Of a DNA stretch of 64,000 nt, positions 29,507 through 39,568 are shown one piece after another. Position numbers and translations under genes: made by a program. The stretch's first letter is position 1. Every line of letters begins with the position of its first letter. The notes under the pieces are model-generated. The model was given only the letters and a program-made list of their open reading frames with translations. It did not search any database and had not been told where the DNA came from. The stretch covers positions 1,144 through 65,143 of the forward strand of contig DYJZ01000001.1 in NCBI GenBank assembly GCA_020722885.1, written 5' to 3'. The stretch comes from Thermoanaerobaculum aquaticum. Its GTDB lineage: Bacteria; Acidobacteriota; UBA4820.

Positions 29507-30917
29507 CTTCTTTTCTGTCCTTCAACCAAAAAAATCCTCCGATAATAGCAGCAGTTAACAACATTAAAATCTTCCATGCAAGTCCCACCTTAGGAGAATA
29601 GGCCAAAAAGAATGCCCCAGCCATCATCGCCGCTGACAGGATCAAAGGTGCCAATCTGTAACAAAGGGGATAACGAAAATGGCCCAAAATGAACGAAAGG
29701 AACGCCATTACGAAGAACCCGGCAGCAGTAGCCCACGCCGCAGTCATAACTCCCCAGCGCGGAATGCCATAAAAATTGATTGTAATGTTTGTTACAGCCG
29801 ATACTCCAGTAATGAGAGGGAAAAAATATGTCTTCTTTAGACGGTAAAAAGTCATTCCTGGAACTGAATACAATCCCTGAAAAAGGTAACCCAGAACCAC
29901 CGGTGAAACATATTTTGCACTTTCCTCGTATCTACCAGAAGAAAGAATAACAATCGCCTCTTTCGAAAAAAGAATCAATCCACCAGCACAAAGAGAAAGA
30001 AAAAAAATGGAGTAAGAAGCAGCCTTTCCAAGAACAGATTTTGCATCATCGCTTTTACCAGTCTCACTCATAAAGACAGGTGACCATATACTGGTAAATG
30101 CTCCCACAACCCCCTGCATAACCATACCCACTGCATACCCAAATGAATAAAATCCCAGATCTTTTAAGTATTCCTTCCCATAGTAAGATATCACCATTCT
30201 GTCACTTAAATTTAAGACCCACATAAATAGCGTGTGAGGAAGTAAAGGAATTGCAAATTTGCTGACATTTTTAAATAACTTTAAATCAATTGAAAAAGTT
30301 GTATCTTTAATCAAAAAATAGTAATAAACTATCAGGAACAATAAGGCACCAAGAAAAACTGCAACTATTTGACCTTTTGCCCCCTTTTTAAAATAAACAA
30401 CGAAAAGAATGATTAAACAAACCTGTGTTAAACCAAAAGCACTCTGGATAATTGTATTTAATGCAATCTTTTCTTTTGCAATGAAAAGAGCCGTAGGAAC
30501 CGTGGAGAAAGAAATAAGAAAGGCTGACAAACCGATTAAAAAACCATATGGGTAGAAAGGAAGTCCAATACTTCCAAAAATTTTTTCTATTACTATTTTT
30601 CCGACTGCAGAATAAATTAAAAACCATACTAAAGAATAAAAAAAGCATAAAACCGCTATTCCTCCAATATTTTTTCTTTGCTCTTTTATATCTTTATATT
30701 TCTGGTTATAAAAGAAAACGACTGCTCCACCAACGCCCATCGGCATTAACATCGTTAGAACATTTCGAAGTGAATTCGCGAAACCCACCACGGCGTATTC
30801 TTCCGGGTTCATGGCTCTGGCGTACATTGGAGCAAGAAAAAATGCAATCAGGTATGTTCCACCATGGCCGAGAATAGAATAGAAAAAACCTTTTCCAAGC
30901 CTTTTGTATATTTGCAT
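29493..30917 (-). CDS. wzx: Wzx-type polysaccharide flippase (MOP superfamily, Polysacc_synt family)
   Basis: 474 aa with about 12-14 TM helices. Typical length and hydropathy of O-unit flippases, in a glycan-cluster context. Confidence 0.75.
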   Translation of the reverse strand: MQIYKRLGKGFFYSILGHGGTYLIAFFLAPMYARAMNPEEYAVVGFANSLRNVLTMLMPMGVGGAVVFFYNQKYKDIKEQRKNIGGIAVLCFFYSLVWFLIYSAVGKIVIEKIFGSIGLPFYPYGFLIGLSAFLISFSTVPTALFIAKEKIALNTIIQSAFGLTQVCLIILFVVYFKKGAKGQIVAVFLGALLFLIVYYYFLIKDTTFSIDLKLFKNVSKFAIPLLPHTLFMWVLNLSDRMVISYYGKEYLKDLGFYSFGYAVGMVMQGVVGAFTSIWSPVFMSETGKSDDAKSVLGKAASYSIFFLSLCAGGLILFSKEAIVILSSGRYEESAKYVSPVVLGYLFQGLYSVPGMTFYRLKKTYFFPLITGVSAVTNITINFYGIPRWGVMTAAWATAAGFFVMAFLSFILGHFRYPLCYRLAPLILSAAMMAGAFFLAYSPKVGLAWKILMLLTAAIIGGFFWLKDRKEDEKF

Positions 30918-30925
30918 TATCAGGA

Positions 30926-31933
30926 TCAGGAAAATACTTTTTCATAAAAATCGTTATTCAGTTCAGTTACTATTCCACCATTCTCAGAAGAAAAATAACC
31001 TGCAACCAAAGTCTTAACTGCATATAAAGCATCTTCTGCAGAACTTCTTACATTTTCTTCCCAGTTTATAAGACCCATTACCATACTTTTTGTTAGTTCT
31101 ACAACACTTTCAGAAGGAATAGCCATTTCCTCTTCAATCGACTCAAGACCGTATCTTGTTGGAGGGTAAATCCCGTTTTCCTTTCTTCTATAACTCATTC
31201 TTAGAAGCCCTCTTATTAAATCTACTTCAATAATCCCATATCTGCAGGTTATTATCATCTTAATTTCATAGCCGCTGTCATTACCAATAACTACTACTAT
31301 CTTTTTGTTATTTGCTGTTCTTCCTATTAAAACGCCAACCGGGTCATTAAATCTATCACCCCTCGGATTTTGATGGTTTGAATCTTCAAATATGGCATTA
31401 ACATAACATATATTTTCATCCGTTATAAATCGTGCAATTTCTACTAAATGGCTTCCTATCATAGCGAATCCAACATTGGCACATACAAAAGCCATATTTT
31501 CTAAACCACCAAACCTCTCTTCGTTCACAATCTTTTTAAGAGTGATGTACCTTTGTGAAAATCTCTGCGGATGATTCACTGCCATTTTTATATTTTTTTC
31601 TCTGCAAATTTTCAGTATAGTCTCGCAGTCTTTAACAGATGATGCCATTGGCTTTTCGCATAAAATATATTTTGCATATTTTGACGCCATTTCCACAATG
31701 TCTTTGCGAGAATCACTGTTTGTAGCAATGATCACTGCTTCTGGTTTAACCCTTTCCATAAGTAAATACGAATCTGTAAAAAACAATTCTTTCGCAAAAT
31801 CAAATTTCTTTTTTGCTTCTTTTATTTTACTTTCCTCTTTATCACACAGACCACAAATTTCAAGATTCGGCTCTTTAATTGCCTGAATATACCTTAAGTC
31901 CATCGGTCCCAGACCAATTACCGAGCATTTCAT
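30926..31933 (-). CDS. Gfo/Idh/MocA-family oxidoreductase
   Basis: N-terminal Rossmann motif (KCSVIGLGPMDLRY...) and EKP motif (...ILCEKPMA...). Confidence 0.7.
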   Translation of the reverse strand: MKCSVIGLGPMDLRYIQAIKEPNLEICGLCDKEESKIKEAKKKFDFAKELFFTDSYLLMERVKPEAVIIATNSDSRKDIVEMASKYAKYILCEKPMASSVKDCETILKICREKNIKMAVNHPQRFSQRYITLKKIVNEERFGGLENMAFVCANVGFAMIGSHLVEIARFITDENICYVNAIFEDSNHQNPRGDRFNDPVGVLIGRTANNKKIVVVIGNDSGYEIKMIITCRYGIIEVDLIRGLLRMSYRRKENGIYPPTRYGLESIEEEMAIPSESVVELTKSMVMGLINWEENVRSSAEDALYAVKTLVAGYFSSENGGIVTELNNDFYEKVFS

Positions 31934-31936
31934 TTT

Positions 31937-33181
31937 TTATACCTTCTGTAAAGAAGTAATTTTCTCTATAACAAAATCTTGTTCTTTTTGGGCAAGTTTT
32001 ACAGAACAGGGAAGACATAAGCACCTTTTTTTCAATTTTTCTGCAACATCGCAAACCGTTTTTGGACTATTTTTATGCGGTTTTAAAAGATGCATAGGCT
32101 GCCATAAGGGTCTTGTCTCAATTTTATGTTTTTGAAGTTCTTTCATTAGGTTAACCCTGTTTAAACCATATTCTTTTTCTTCAATTTTTATGGTATACAA
32201 CCAGAAAGTTGTTTCGCAGTAATATGGCTTTGTCATTACACCAATACCAGGAATCTCTGACAGTTTTTCATTATACATTTTTGCTATTTCCCTTTTCTTC
32301 TCAATATAGGCATCTATCTTCTCCATCTGTGCACATCCCATTGCCGAAAGAAGGTTTGGAAGACGATAGTTGTAGCCTATTTCATTATGAATAAACTCGA
32401 CACTATCATCTTTAGCCTGTGTTGTAAGGTATTTTGCTTTTTTTGCAAGAACCGGATCATCGGTTACAATCATTCCTCCACCACCTGTAGTTATAATTTT
32501 GTTACCATTAAAACTAAAAACGCCCAATTTCCCAAATGTTCCGGCAAATTTCCCTTTAACACTTGCTCCGAGTGCCTCTGTAGCATCCTCTATAACAGGA
32601 AGTCCATAATTTCTGGAAATCTCCATAATGCTTTCTATATCACAACAATGGCCCAGAATATGAACAGGTAGAATAGCTTTTATGTATCTTTTTGTATCCT
32701 TATTCATCAATCCTTTAGCTGTTTTTTTAGTTCTTGTCTTTAAAAAGTAATTGAGTTTATCTACATCCAACTGGAAAGTATTGTAATCAGCATCTATAAA
32801 TACTGGATGGGCTCCAACATACCTGATTGCATTTGCGGGAGCAACAAAAGTTAAATCGGATGTTATTACCTCATCGTCTCGATGAATTCCAAGCAACAAA
32901 AGCGAAATATGCAACGCAGCCGTTCCATTGACACAGGCAACAGCGTACCTAACTTTTACAAAGTCTGCAACCATTTTTTCAAATTTATCAACAAATGGTC
33001 CTGCGGAAGAAACCCAATTCGTATCAAGGCATTCTTTTATATACTTCCACTCATTTCCAGAAAGATGTGGAACACATAAGGGAATGAATCCTTTTTCGGC
33101 AATGCCAGGTTCGACCTTTCTTTTCATATTTTCCTCATATATTGTAAATGTTTGTTTTGTAGTGGTGAAGATTCTGCTCAA
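31937..33181 (-). CDS. DegT/DnrJ/EryC1-family sugar aminotransferase (LegC-like)
   Basis: PLP-lysine region ...FSFNGNKIITTGGGG.... The start is probably the internal Met at about 33127, which removes the 47-nt overlap with the upstream gene. Confidence 0.8.
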   Translation of the reverse strand: MSRIFTTTKQTFTIYEENMKRKVEPGIAEKGFIPLCVPHLSGNEWKYIKECLDTNWVSSAGPFVDKFEKMVADFVKVRYAVACVNGTAALHISLLLLGIHRDDEVITSDLTFVAPANAIRYVGAHPVFIDADYNTFQLDVDKLNYFLKTRTKKTAKGLMNKDTKRYIKAILPVHILGHCCDIESIMEISRNYGLPVIEDATEALGASVKGKFAGTFGKLGVFSFNGNKIITTGGGGMIVTDDPVLAKKAKYLTTQAKDDSVEFIHNEIGYNYRLPNLLSAMGCAQMEKIDAYIEKKREIAKMYNEKLSEIPGIGVMTKPYYCETTFWLYTIKIEEKEYGLNRVNLMKELQKHKIETRPLWQPMHLLKPHKNSPKTVCDVAEKLKKRCLCLPCSVKLAQKEQDFVIEKITSLQKV

Positions 33182-34130
33182 GCCACTTAGCGGTCTTTAA
33201 TATTCCATTTTTCAGGTCAATTTTACTTTCCCATTTTAAGACATTTTTAGCCTTTTCAGGATTGGATAACAGAATCATTACTTCACTTTTTTTAGGTCTC
33301 AATCTCTCTTTTTTCGTAACTATCTCTTTTTTACAATTCAGTACTTCCATTGCTACATCTGCTATTTGTTTAATAGAGTAAGTTTTACCTAATCCAAGTT
33401 GTATGACTTCCCCTTCAATCTTCCTCGTAATCCCGGCTCTTATAAAACCTTCAACTGTATCCGAAACATAAGTCAAATCCCTCTTTGGATTCAAATTTCC
33501 CAATTCAATTTTACTTTTACTCGATAAAATCTGTCCTAAAATCGTTGGAATAACCGCTCTCATAGATTGCCTTGGTCCGTAGGTATTAAACGGCCGTAAA
33601 ACAATAACCGGTAAACCATAAGAGCAATAAAAAGCCTCACACAATTTATCTGCAGCAATTTTAGAAGCAGAATATGGGGATTGTCCTTGCAGAGGATGTT
33701 TCTCGGTTATTGGAATATTTTGTGGGGTCCCATAAACCTCACTCGTCGAAGTGTGAACAACACGCCTTACACCCTGTTTTAACGCTCCTTCAAGCAGGTT
33801 ATAAGTTCCAAGGATGTTAGTTTCAATAAACGAAGCTGGCGCAACATAGGAATAGGGAATTGCAATCAATGCGGCAAGATGAAATACTATATCAATTCCT
33901 TTCAAAGACTTTTCAACAAATTCCTTGTCCCTGATATCACCAAGAACTACTTCAAAAGAATCTTTTTTTTCCGATTTATCGAGCCATCCCCACGACCCAA
34001 AGGAATTGTAGAAACAAAAGGCTTTCACCTGTGCACCTTCATCCACAAGCCTTTCAACAAGATGGCTGCCTATAAATCCATCTGCGCCGGTTACCAGAAC
34101 TTTAATTCCTGTATATTTTTTTTCTCTCAT
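33135..34130 (-). CDS. NAD-dependent nucleotide-sugar 4,6-dehydratase/epimerase (extended SDR; LegB-like)
   Basis: VLVTGADGFIGSHLVERL Rossmann motif. Catalytic Y-x3-K (YSASKIAADKL). Confidence 0.75.
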   Translation of the reverse strand: MREKKYTGIKVLVTGADGFIGSHLVERLVDEGAQVKAFCFYNSFGSWGWLDKSEKKDSFEVVLGDIRDKEFVEKSLKGIDIVFHLAALIAIPYSYVAPASFIETNILGTYNLLEGALKQGVRRVVHTSTSEVYGTPQNIPITEKHPLQGQSPYSASKIAADKLCEAFYCSYGLPVIVLRPFNTYGPRQSMRAVIPTILGQILSSKSKIELGNLNPKRDLTYVSDTVEGFIRAGITRKIEGEVIQLGLGKTYSIKQIADVAMEVLNCKKEIVTKKERLRPKKSEVMILLSNPEKAKNVLKWESKIDLKNGILKTAKWLEQNLHHYKTNIYNI

Positions 34131-35182
34131 TCTTTTTCCCTGTAATGACCGCGTGCTTTACTTAGTTCGCTATGCCTCCCAATATCTATCCATTCTTCTT
34201 CTATTTGGTAAACTGACACATTTAACTTTTTCTCAGTTGCTTTATTAATCAAATCTGGCATTGTAAAAAAAGTTTTTTGGGGAACCAATTTTATCAATTC
34301 TGGAGAAACAACATATATGCCAGATGCGACAGGACAGGAACTAACCGGTTTTTCCACCACAGCGTATAACTTTTTTCGTTTGAGTTTTAGAACTCCATAT
34401 GGTATCTGATAAACATAGTTATAAGCCCCAACCGTTAAATGACTTTTCATTCTGTTGTGGTAATCAATCATATCCGAAATATTAACCTGAGTTACTAAAT
34501 CTCCATTTAAAACTACTATTGGTTGTTTAGTTTTAACTTTGATAAGTGAGAGGGAACCTGCTGTTCCCAATGGTTCACTTTCCACAACATATTCAAGATT
34601 ACATCCAAATCTTGCACCATCTCCAAAATAATCCATTATCTTCTCTTTCAAATAGTTCACCGACACATAGATTTTTCTTATTCCAAAACCAACAAGATGG
34701 TGAATAATCCTTTCTAAAATGGGCCTGCCTGCAACAGTCAACATAGGTTTGGGAATTTTTTCTGTTAGCGGTTTTAGCCTCTCTCCTCTGCCCCCCGCCA
34801 TAATGACTGCTATATTGTTTTTTTTCTCTACTCCTAAAATACCATAAAGAGTATGTATTCCCTTTATTCTTCGTTTATCATCCAGAATTGGAATAACATT
34901 TATTTTTCTTGCTTTCATAATGTCAAGAACATTCATCCTCGATTCGTTTTTATTTACCCATATAAAATTTCTGTTTGCATATTCGAGCACCGATGTATCA
35001 AGCATTTTGCCTTTTAACAGGGCTTTTCTTATATCACCATCAGCCAGACTGCCCAGCATTTCACCTTCTCTACCCGTAACAAAACAGATTTCTTGCCCTG
35101 ACTTTTCAAGGGATACAAGGGCATCTTTTATGTTAGATTTATAGTCAATAATCATATTTTTATAGAGGTTATCTTTATTCAT
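34127..35182 (-). CDS. CBS-pair + nucleotidyltransferase fusion (PtmE-like hexosamine-1-phosphate guanylyltransferase)
   Basis: N-terminal tandem CBS domains followed by a sugar-phosphate nucleotidyltransferase signature (AVIMAGGRGERLKPLTEKIPKPML). This architecture matches Campylobacter PtmE of the GDP-linked legionaminic acid pathway. Confidence 0.7.
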   Translation of the reverse strand: MNKDNLYKNMIIDYKSNIKDALVSLEKSGQEICFVTGREGEMLGSLADGDIRKALLKGKMLDTSVLEYANRNFIWVNKNESRMNVLDIMKARKINVIPILDDKRRIKGIHTLYGILGVEKKNNIAVIMAGGRGERLKPLTEKIPKPMLTVAGRPILERIIHHLVGFGIRKIYVSVNYLKEKIMDYFGDGARFGCNLEYVVESEPLGTAGSLSLIKVKTKQPIVVLNGDLVTQVNISDMIDYHNRMKSHLTVGAYNYVYQIPYGVLKLKRKKLYAVVEKPVSSCPVASGIYVVSPELIKLVPQKTFFTMPDLINKATEKKLNVSVYQIEEEWIDIGRHSELSKARGHYREKE

Positions 35183-35837
35183 TACTTTCCCTTTTCTTTA
35201 TTATTTTTGCGGGAACTCCAGCCACAACGCAGTTGTCTTCTATATCATTTATGACTACAGAGCCAGCTCCAACTATCACATTTTTACCAATCTTTATTCC
35301 CTGTATGATGGATGCTCCTGTTCCTATATGACTGAGTCCGCCAATTTTAACATTGCCAGAAACTGTTACCCCAGGAGCAATATGAACACTCTCCCCCACC
35401 TGACAATCGTGTTCAACGATAGCCCCGCTGTTTATTATGGTATTAATTCCAATTTTAGCACCAGCATTAACAATCGCCCCAACAAGTATCTGGCAACCAT
35501 CGTCTAAAGTTACCTGAGACGAAATCAAGGCAGTAGGGTCAACAACCGTAAATGGTTTTAGCCCCATTTCAATTCCTGAAATAAAAATTTTATGCCTCAA
35601 GGTACAGTCTCCAGTTGTACCTATTCCATTAATAAAATATTTTACACCCTTTTTGATAAGGTCTGGAACTATTCCATCTCCTCCTTTAACCTTAATCCCC
35701 CAAAAAAACCTATTCCACAGCTCGCTGTTTTTTTCAATGAAACAGTCTATCTCATACTCTTCATTTTTCTGTCTGTTAAACGATTCAAGAACAACCTTGC
35801 TATGTCCACCACAGCCAAAAATAGCAATTTTTTTCAA
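35175..35837 (-). CDS. NeuD/PglD/LegH-family sugar N-acetyltransferase (N-terminal Rossmann-like domain + left-handed beta-helix)
   Basis: MKKIAIFGCGGHSKVV N-domain followed by hexapeptide repeats. Confidence 0.7.
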   Translation of the reverse strand: MKKIAIFGCGGHSKVVLESFNRQKNEEYEIDCFIEKNSELWNRFFWGIKVKGGDGIVPDLIKKGVKYFINGIGTTGDCTLRHKIFISGIEMGLKPFTVVDPTALISSQVTLDDGCQILVGAIVNAGAKIGINTIINSGAIVEHDCQVGESVHIAPGVTVSGNVKIGGLSHIGTGASIIQGIKIGKNVIVGAGSVVINDIEDNCVVAGVPAKIIKKRESNE

Positions 35838-37036
35838 ATAATTTTATCTCCTTTTAAATCATAAAAGGCTTTTTGGGTTTTTATCCCTTTCTCCAGTCTT
35901 GACTCGATGAACTTCACAATAATTTTTGCTGCATTACCATCACCATATATGTTTTTGCAATTTTTTAACTTCTCTTTGAACTCAGAGGATGTCGCGAAAT
36001 TAACTGAATCCACTATTTGCTGTTCTCCAAAGTCACAATCAATAACATTTGTATTTCTAACTCTTCCCTCCTGTCTTTTCCCTATATTTATAGCAGGAAG
36101 TTTGAATGAGGCTGATTCTATTATTCCGCTCGATGAGTTCCCGATTACTGCCTCAGCAAGAGACATCAAACTAAAATAATTCTGCGTTCCAAGATTTTCA
36201 AAAAATATTAAATTTTTATTACTTTTAACTTCGCTCAGTATAACTTCCCTGATTTCACTGTTTCCTGGATCAGCGTTGGGCAGGGTTACAATTAATTGGA
36301 CATCAAATTCCCTTAGTGCTTTAAACATAGTTTGTGCGTTTTTTCTGTTATCTACTTTTCCTACAGTTTCCGGATGAAGCGTAACCAGAAAAAACCTCTT
36401 TTTTAAATTTATATTTAACTTTTTTTCAATCTCACTTTTAGAAAGAATTTTTATTTCTTTCAGGTTATCTAAAGAAGGTGCACCTGATATTATTACATTT
36501 TCAGGGTTCTCTCCAAGCTGTATTACTCTATTTCTGTACTCTCCTGTTGAAACAAAATGAAGATGCGAAAGTTTTGTAATCGAATGCCTTAAAGAATCAT
36601 CAATTGCTCCATAAGTCAATTCTCCACCGTGAATATGTGCAACCGGAATATTAAAAGGAAGAGCAGCAAGAGCAGCTGCGTGCATTTCAAACCTGTCACC
36701 TAAAACAAAAAGAAGGTCAATTTTCCTTCTTGAAAAAACTTCCGCAAAAAAATTTAACGCCAGTGCCATTGATTTGACCGTAGATGAGGGACTATCCGCT
36801 GCTAAAAGGATTTCACCTTTTTCCATAATTTTAAATTTTTCTTTCTCTATTTCTCTGATAGTTAAACCATATAGAGCGGATAAATGACTTCCTGTTACAA
36901 TAAAGAAGAACTTTATTTTATTGCTTTTTTTTAGTTCTCTTGCAACAGGAAGATATATTCCAAAATCAGCTCTTGATGTGGTCACAAGTCCTATAGTCTT
37001 CAATCGATCATCTGCCATTTTATTATTGTACCACAT
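35834..37036 (-). CDS. Hydrolysing NDP-HexNAc 2-epimerase (NeuC/LegG-like)
   Basis: About 400 aa of the epimerase_2 family (...IGLVTTSRADFGIYLPV..., ...HIHGGE...), adjacent to the NeuB-like synthase. Confidence 0.75.
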   Translation of the reverse strand: MWYNNKMADDRLKTIGLVTTSRADFGIYLPVARELKKSNKIKFFFIVTGSHLSALYGLTIREIEKEKFKIMEKGEILLAADSPSSTVKSMALALNFFAEVFSRRKIDLLFVLGDRFEMHAAALAALPFNIPVAHIHGGELTYGAIDDSLRHSITKLSHLHFVSTGEYRNRVIQLGENPENVIISGAPSLDNLKEIKILSKSEIEKKLNINLKKRFFLVTLHPETVGKVDNRKNAQTMFKALREFDVQLIVTLPNADPGNSEIREVILSEVKSNKNLIFFENLGTQNYFSLMSLAEAVIGNSSSGIIESASFKLPAINIGKRQEGRVRNTNVIDCDFGEQQIVDSVNFATSSEFKEKLKNCKNIYGDGNAAKIIVKFIESRLEKGIKTQKAFYDLKGDKII

Positions 37037-38046
37037 TTGATATTTATAAGTGCTTTTCTGCCTACAACTTTATCAATATCCGAAGGAGGAATTCCTCCTC
37101 TTGGCCTTTTAGCGGTAACCATCTCTTTAGTTATTTTGTCTCCTTTTTTAATATCTACTTTTGCAACAATTGACTTTCTTGCCTTTTGGAGTATTTCTTT
37201 TTCACACTGTTGTATATTTTTAGAATTTTTTCCGAGCGCTTCTTCCACATCTCTTATCTCTGTAACCATTTTTCTAAATTCTTCGGGCTCGAGAGAACAA
37301 AAATGGTCAGGCCCCGCCATAGACCTGTCGAGTGTGAAATGTTTTTCTATTATTTTTGCCCCGAGCGCCACTGCTGCAACAGGAATATGAATCCCAATTG
37401 AATGGTCTGATAACCCTATTGGAAAATTAAACCTAAACTGCAATTCAGGAATTACCTTCAAATTTATCTGGTTGTAAGGACAGGGATAAGAACTGACACA
37501 GTGAAGTAAAGCAATATTTTTTTCACCCAATTTTTTTACTCTTTTAATCGTGGTGTCAATTTCTTCCATTGTAGACATTCCACAAGATAATATAACAGGC
37601 TTTTTGAACGATACTATTTTTTCGAGAAGCAAAAAGTTGTCAAAGTCTCCCGAGCCAATTTTAAAGGCTGGAACTCCAATTTCATTAAGAAATGAAGCAC
37701 TTTCCTCATCAAAGGGTGTTGACAGAAAAGTAATTTTCCTCTTATCACACCTTTCTTTAATTTTAACAAAATCTTCAAACTTTATTTCGAGAGATTTTAG
37801 CATATTGTACTGGTCTTTGAATTCCCTGCTTCTTTTTTGATAATCGGCTTGAGGAGTACCTTTTAAGACGAGAGAATTTACCTTAAATGTTTGAAATTTA
37901 ACTGCGTCAGCCTTGCTTTCACAGGCTGCATCAACGAGGGCATAAGCCGTTTTCAGACTTCCATTGTGGTTAACACCCGCCTCTGCAATAATATAAGTGC
38001 TGTAATTTGATCCAATTTTTCTATTATCTATCTCTATAACTACCAA
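37000..38046 (-). CDS. Nonulosonic acid synthase (NeuB/LegI/PseI family, with C-terminal SAF domain)
   Basis: N-terminal ...YIIAEAGVNHNGSL...ADAVKFQTF... TIM-barrel signature. C-terminal antifreeze-like domain. Confidence 0.85.
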   Translation of the reverse strand: MVVIEIDNRKIGSNYSTYIIAEAGVNHNGSLKTAYALVDAACESKADAVKFQTFKVNSLVLKGTPQADYQKRSREFKDQYNMLKSLEIKFEDFVKIKERCDKRKITFLSTPFDEESASFLNEIGVPAFKIGSGDFDNFLLLEKIVSFKKPVILSCGMSTMEEIDTTIKRVKKLGEKNIALLHCVSSYPCPYNQINLKVIPELQFRFNFPIGLSDHSIGIHIPVAAVALGAKIIEKHFTLDRSMAGPDHFCSLEPEEFRKMVTEIRDVEEALGKNSKNIQQCEKEILQKARKSIVAKVDIKKGDKITKEMVTAKRPRGGIPPSDIDKVVGRKALINIKCGTIIKWQMID

Positions 38047-38834
38047 ATTGTAAATCCTCCATCAAGGACAATATTCTGTCCGGTCAAATAATCAGACATA
38101 TCACTTACAAGATACATTATAGTTCCTTTAATGTCTTCCTCCCGTGCCATCCTTTTCTGGGGTGTTTTTTTTATGTATCTCTCTACGAATTTAGAATCCT
38201 GATTTCTAAAAACACCTCCGAATGAAATGCAATTAACTCTTATATCAGGCGCCAATTTGGTTGCCAGATACCTCGTTAACTGAATTAAACCAGCTTTGCT
38301 CGCACCGTATGCAGCAGGATTTGCCATACCTGTTCCTTCATAAAGAGAAAAATCAGGTCCAACAATCCCATAAATTGATGAAATAAAAACTATAACTCCT
38401 TTCTTTTCTTTTTGATTATGTTTTGCAAAATCCTGACTCAATATAAATGCTGAAGTCAGATTAACCCTTAAACCTGCCTCAAATGCGTTTTCAGTTTGTT
38501 CTTCAAAGGGAACAGCCCATCCTGAATACTCTGTAGTCCCAACAAAGGCTGCTGAATGAACAAGAATATCAATTTTTTTAAATTTTTCTATCACCTTTGG
38601 AACAATTGTTCTGGTCTCTGCATTCTCCAAAAGGTTTGCCTCTATCGCTATCGACTTGACATTGTACCTTGTTTCAATAAGTTTCTTTAGTGGGTGGATT
38701 TTATTTTCGGAGATATCGTGAATAGCAATATTGCAGCCCTCCTCAGCAAGACTTTCACAAATCGCTCTTCCTATCTTTCCACCACCTCCAACAACAAGAG
38801 CCACCTTTTGATCCAATATTCTTTTTCTTTTCAT
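38040..38834 (-). CDS. Short-chain dehydrogenase/reductase (PtmA-like)
   Basis: VVGGGGKIGRAI Rossmann motif. Catalytic YGASKAG. Confidence 0.75.
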   Translation of the reverse strand: MKRKRILDQKVALVVGGGGKIGRAICESLAEEGCNIAIHDISENKIHPLKKLIETRYNVKSIAIEANLLENAETRTIVPKVIEKFKKIDILVHSAAFVGTTEYSGWAVPFEEQTENAFEAGLRVNLTSAFILSQDFAKHNQKEKKGVIVFISSIYGIVGPDFSLYEGTGMANPAAYGASKAGLIQLTRYLATKLAPDIRVNCISFGGVFRNQDSKFVERYIKKTPQKRMAREEDIKGTIMYLVSDMSDYLTGQNIVLDGGFTIW

Positions 38835-39568
38835 TTTTCAATCCACGGGAAATTTATTATTTTTGCTTCAAGTAAAACCCTCGCCTTCTCAAAATCTTCA
38901 ATATGGTCAATATGGATTGCTCTTATTTCCGGTATTTTAACAACACTATGTTTTCCCTGCTCAATCCAGTTAGATGCTTTTTCCGATAAGAGAAAATCTC
39001 TTCGCCATAAATAAATTGTTGCATTTATTCGATAAACCTGAGGCACTTCCTGCCTTCTTTTATACCTGCTCGCGCCCTCAATTAACGGCTTCATAATACC
39101 ACCTTTTAATATAACGCAATGCCACAGCGGATTAAATTCTGGTTCTGACACACCAATTACGCCATCAAGACTTTCATCATTCTTTAAAATATCTATGGCT
39201 TTTTCTATATCTTCTGGATATCTCCCAGGACTTGTTGGATCAAGCAGGAGAAGTGAATGATATTTATCTCTATAAATTTTTTCACACTCCACAAGTGCGT
39301 GTTGCAAAACAGGGATCATTGCTGCCTTATCGGTAGATAATTCCGCTGGTCTTTTAAAAGGTACATCTGCACCATATTTTCTTGCAACATCAGCAATTCC
39401 CTCATCATCAGTTGAAACAGCAATCCTGTCAATTTTTCCACACATTTTAGCACACATAATCGAATGGGCAATAAGAGGATGGGATAACAAAGGTCTTACA
39501 TTTTTACCTGGAAGCCCTTTCGAACCACCTTTTGCAGGGATCACACACAGCAAAGGATTAACTTCCAT
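38831..39568 (-). CDS. CMP-nonulosonic acid synthetase (acylneuraminate cytidylyltransferase, NeuA/LegF-like)
   Basis: N-terminal ...IPAKGGSKGLPGKN... cytidylyltransferase motif. Confidence 0.8.
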   Translation of the reverse strand: MEVNPLLCVIPAKGGSKGLPGKNVRPLLSHPLIAHSIMCAKMCGKIDRIAVSTDDEGIADVARKYGADVPFKRPAELSTDKAAMIPVLQHALVECEKIYRDKYHSLLLLDPTSPGRYPEDIEKAIDILKNDESLDGVIGVSEPEFNPLWHCVILKGGIMKPLIEGASRYKRRQEVPQVYRINATIYLWRRDFLLSEKASNWIEQGKHSVVKIPEIRAIHIDHIEDFEKARVLLEAKIINFPWIEK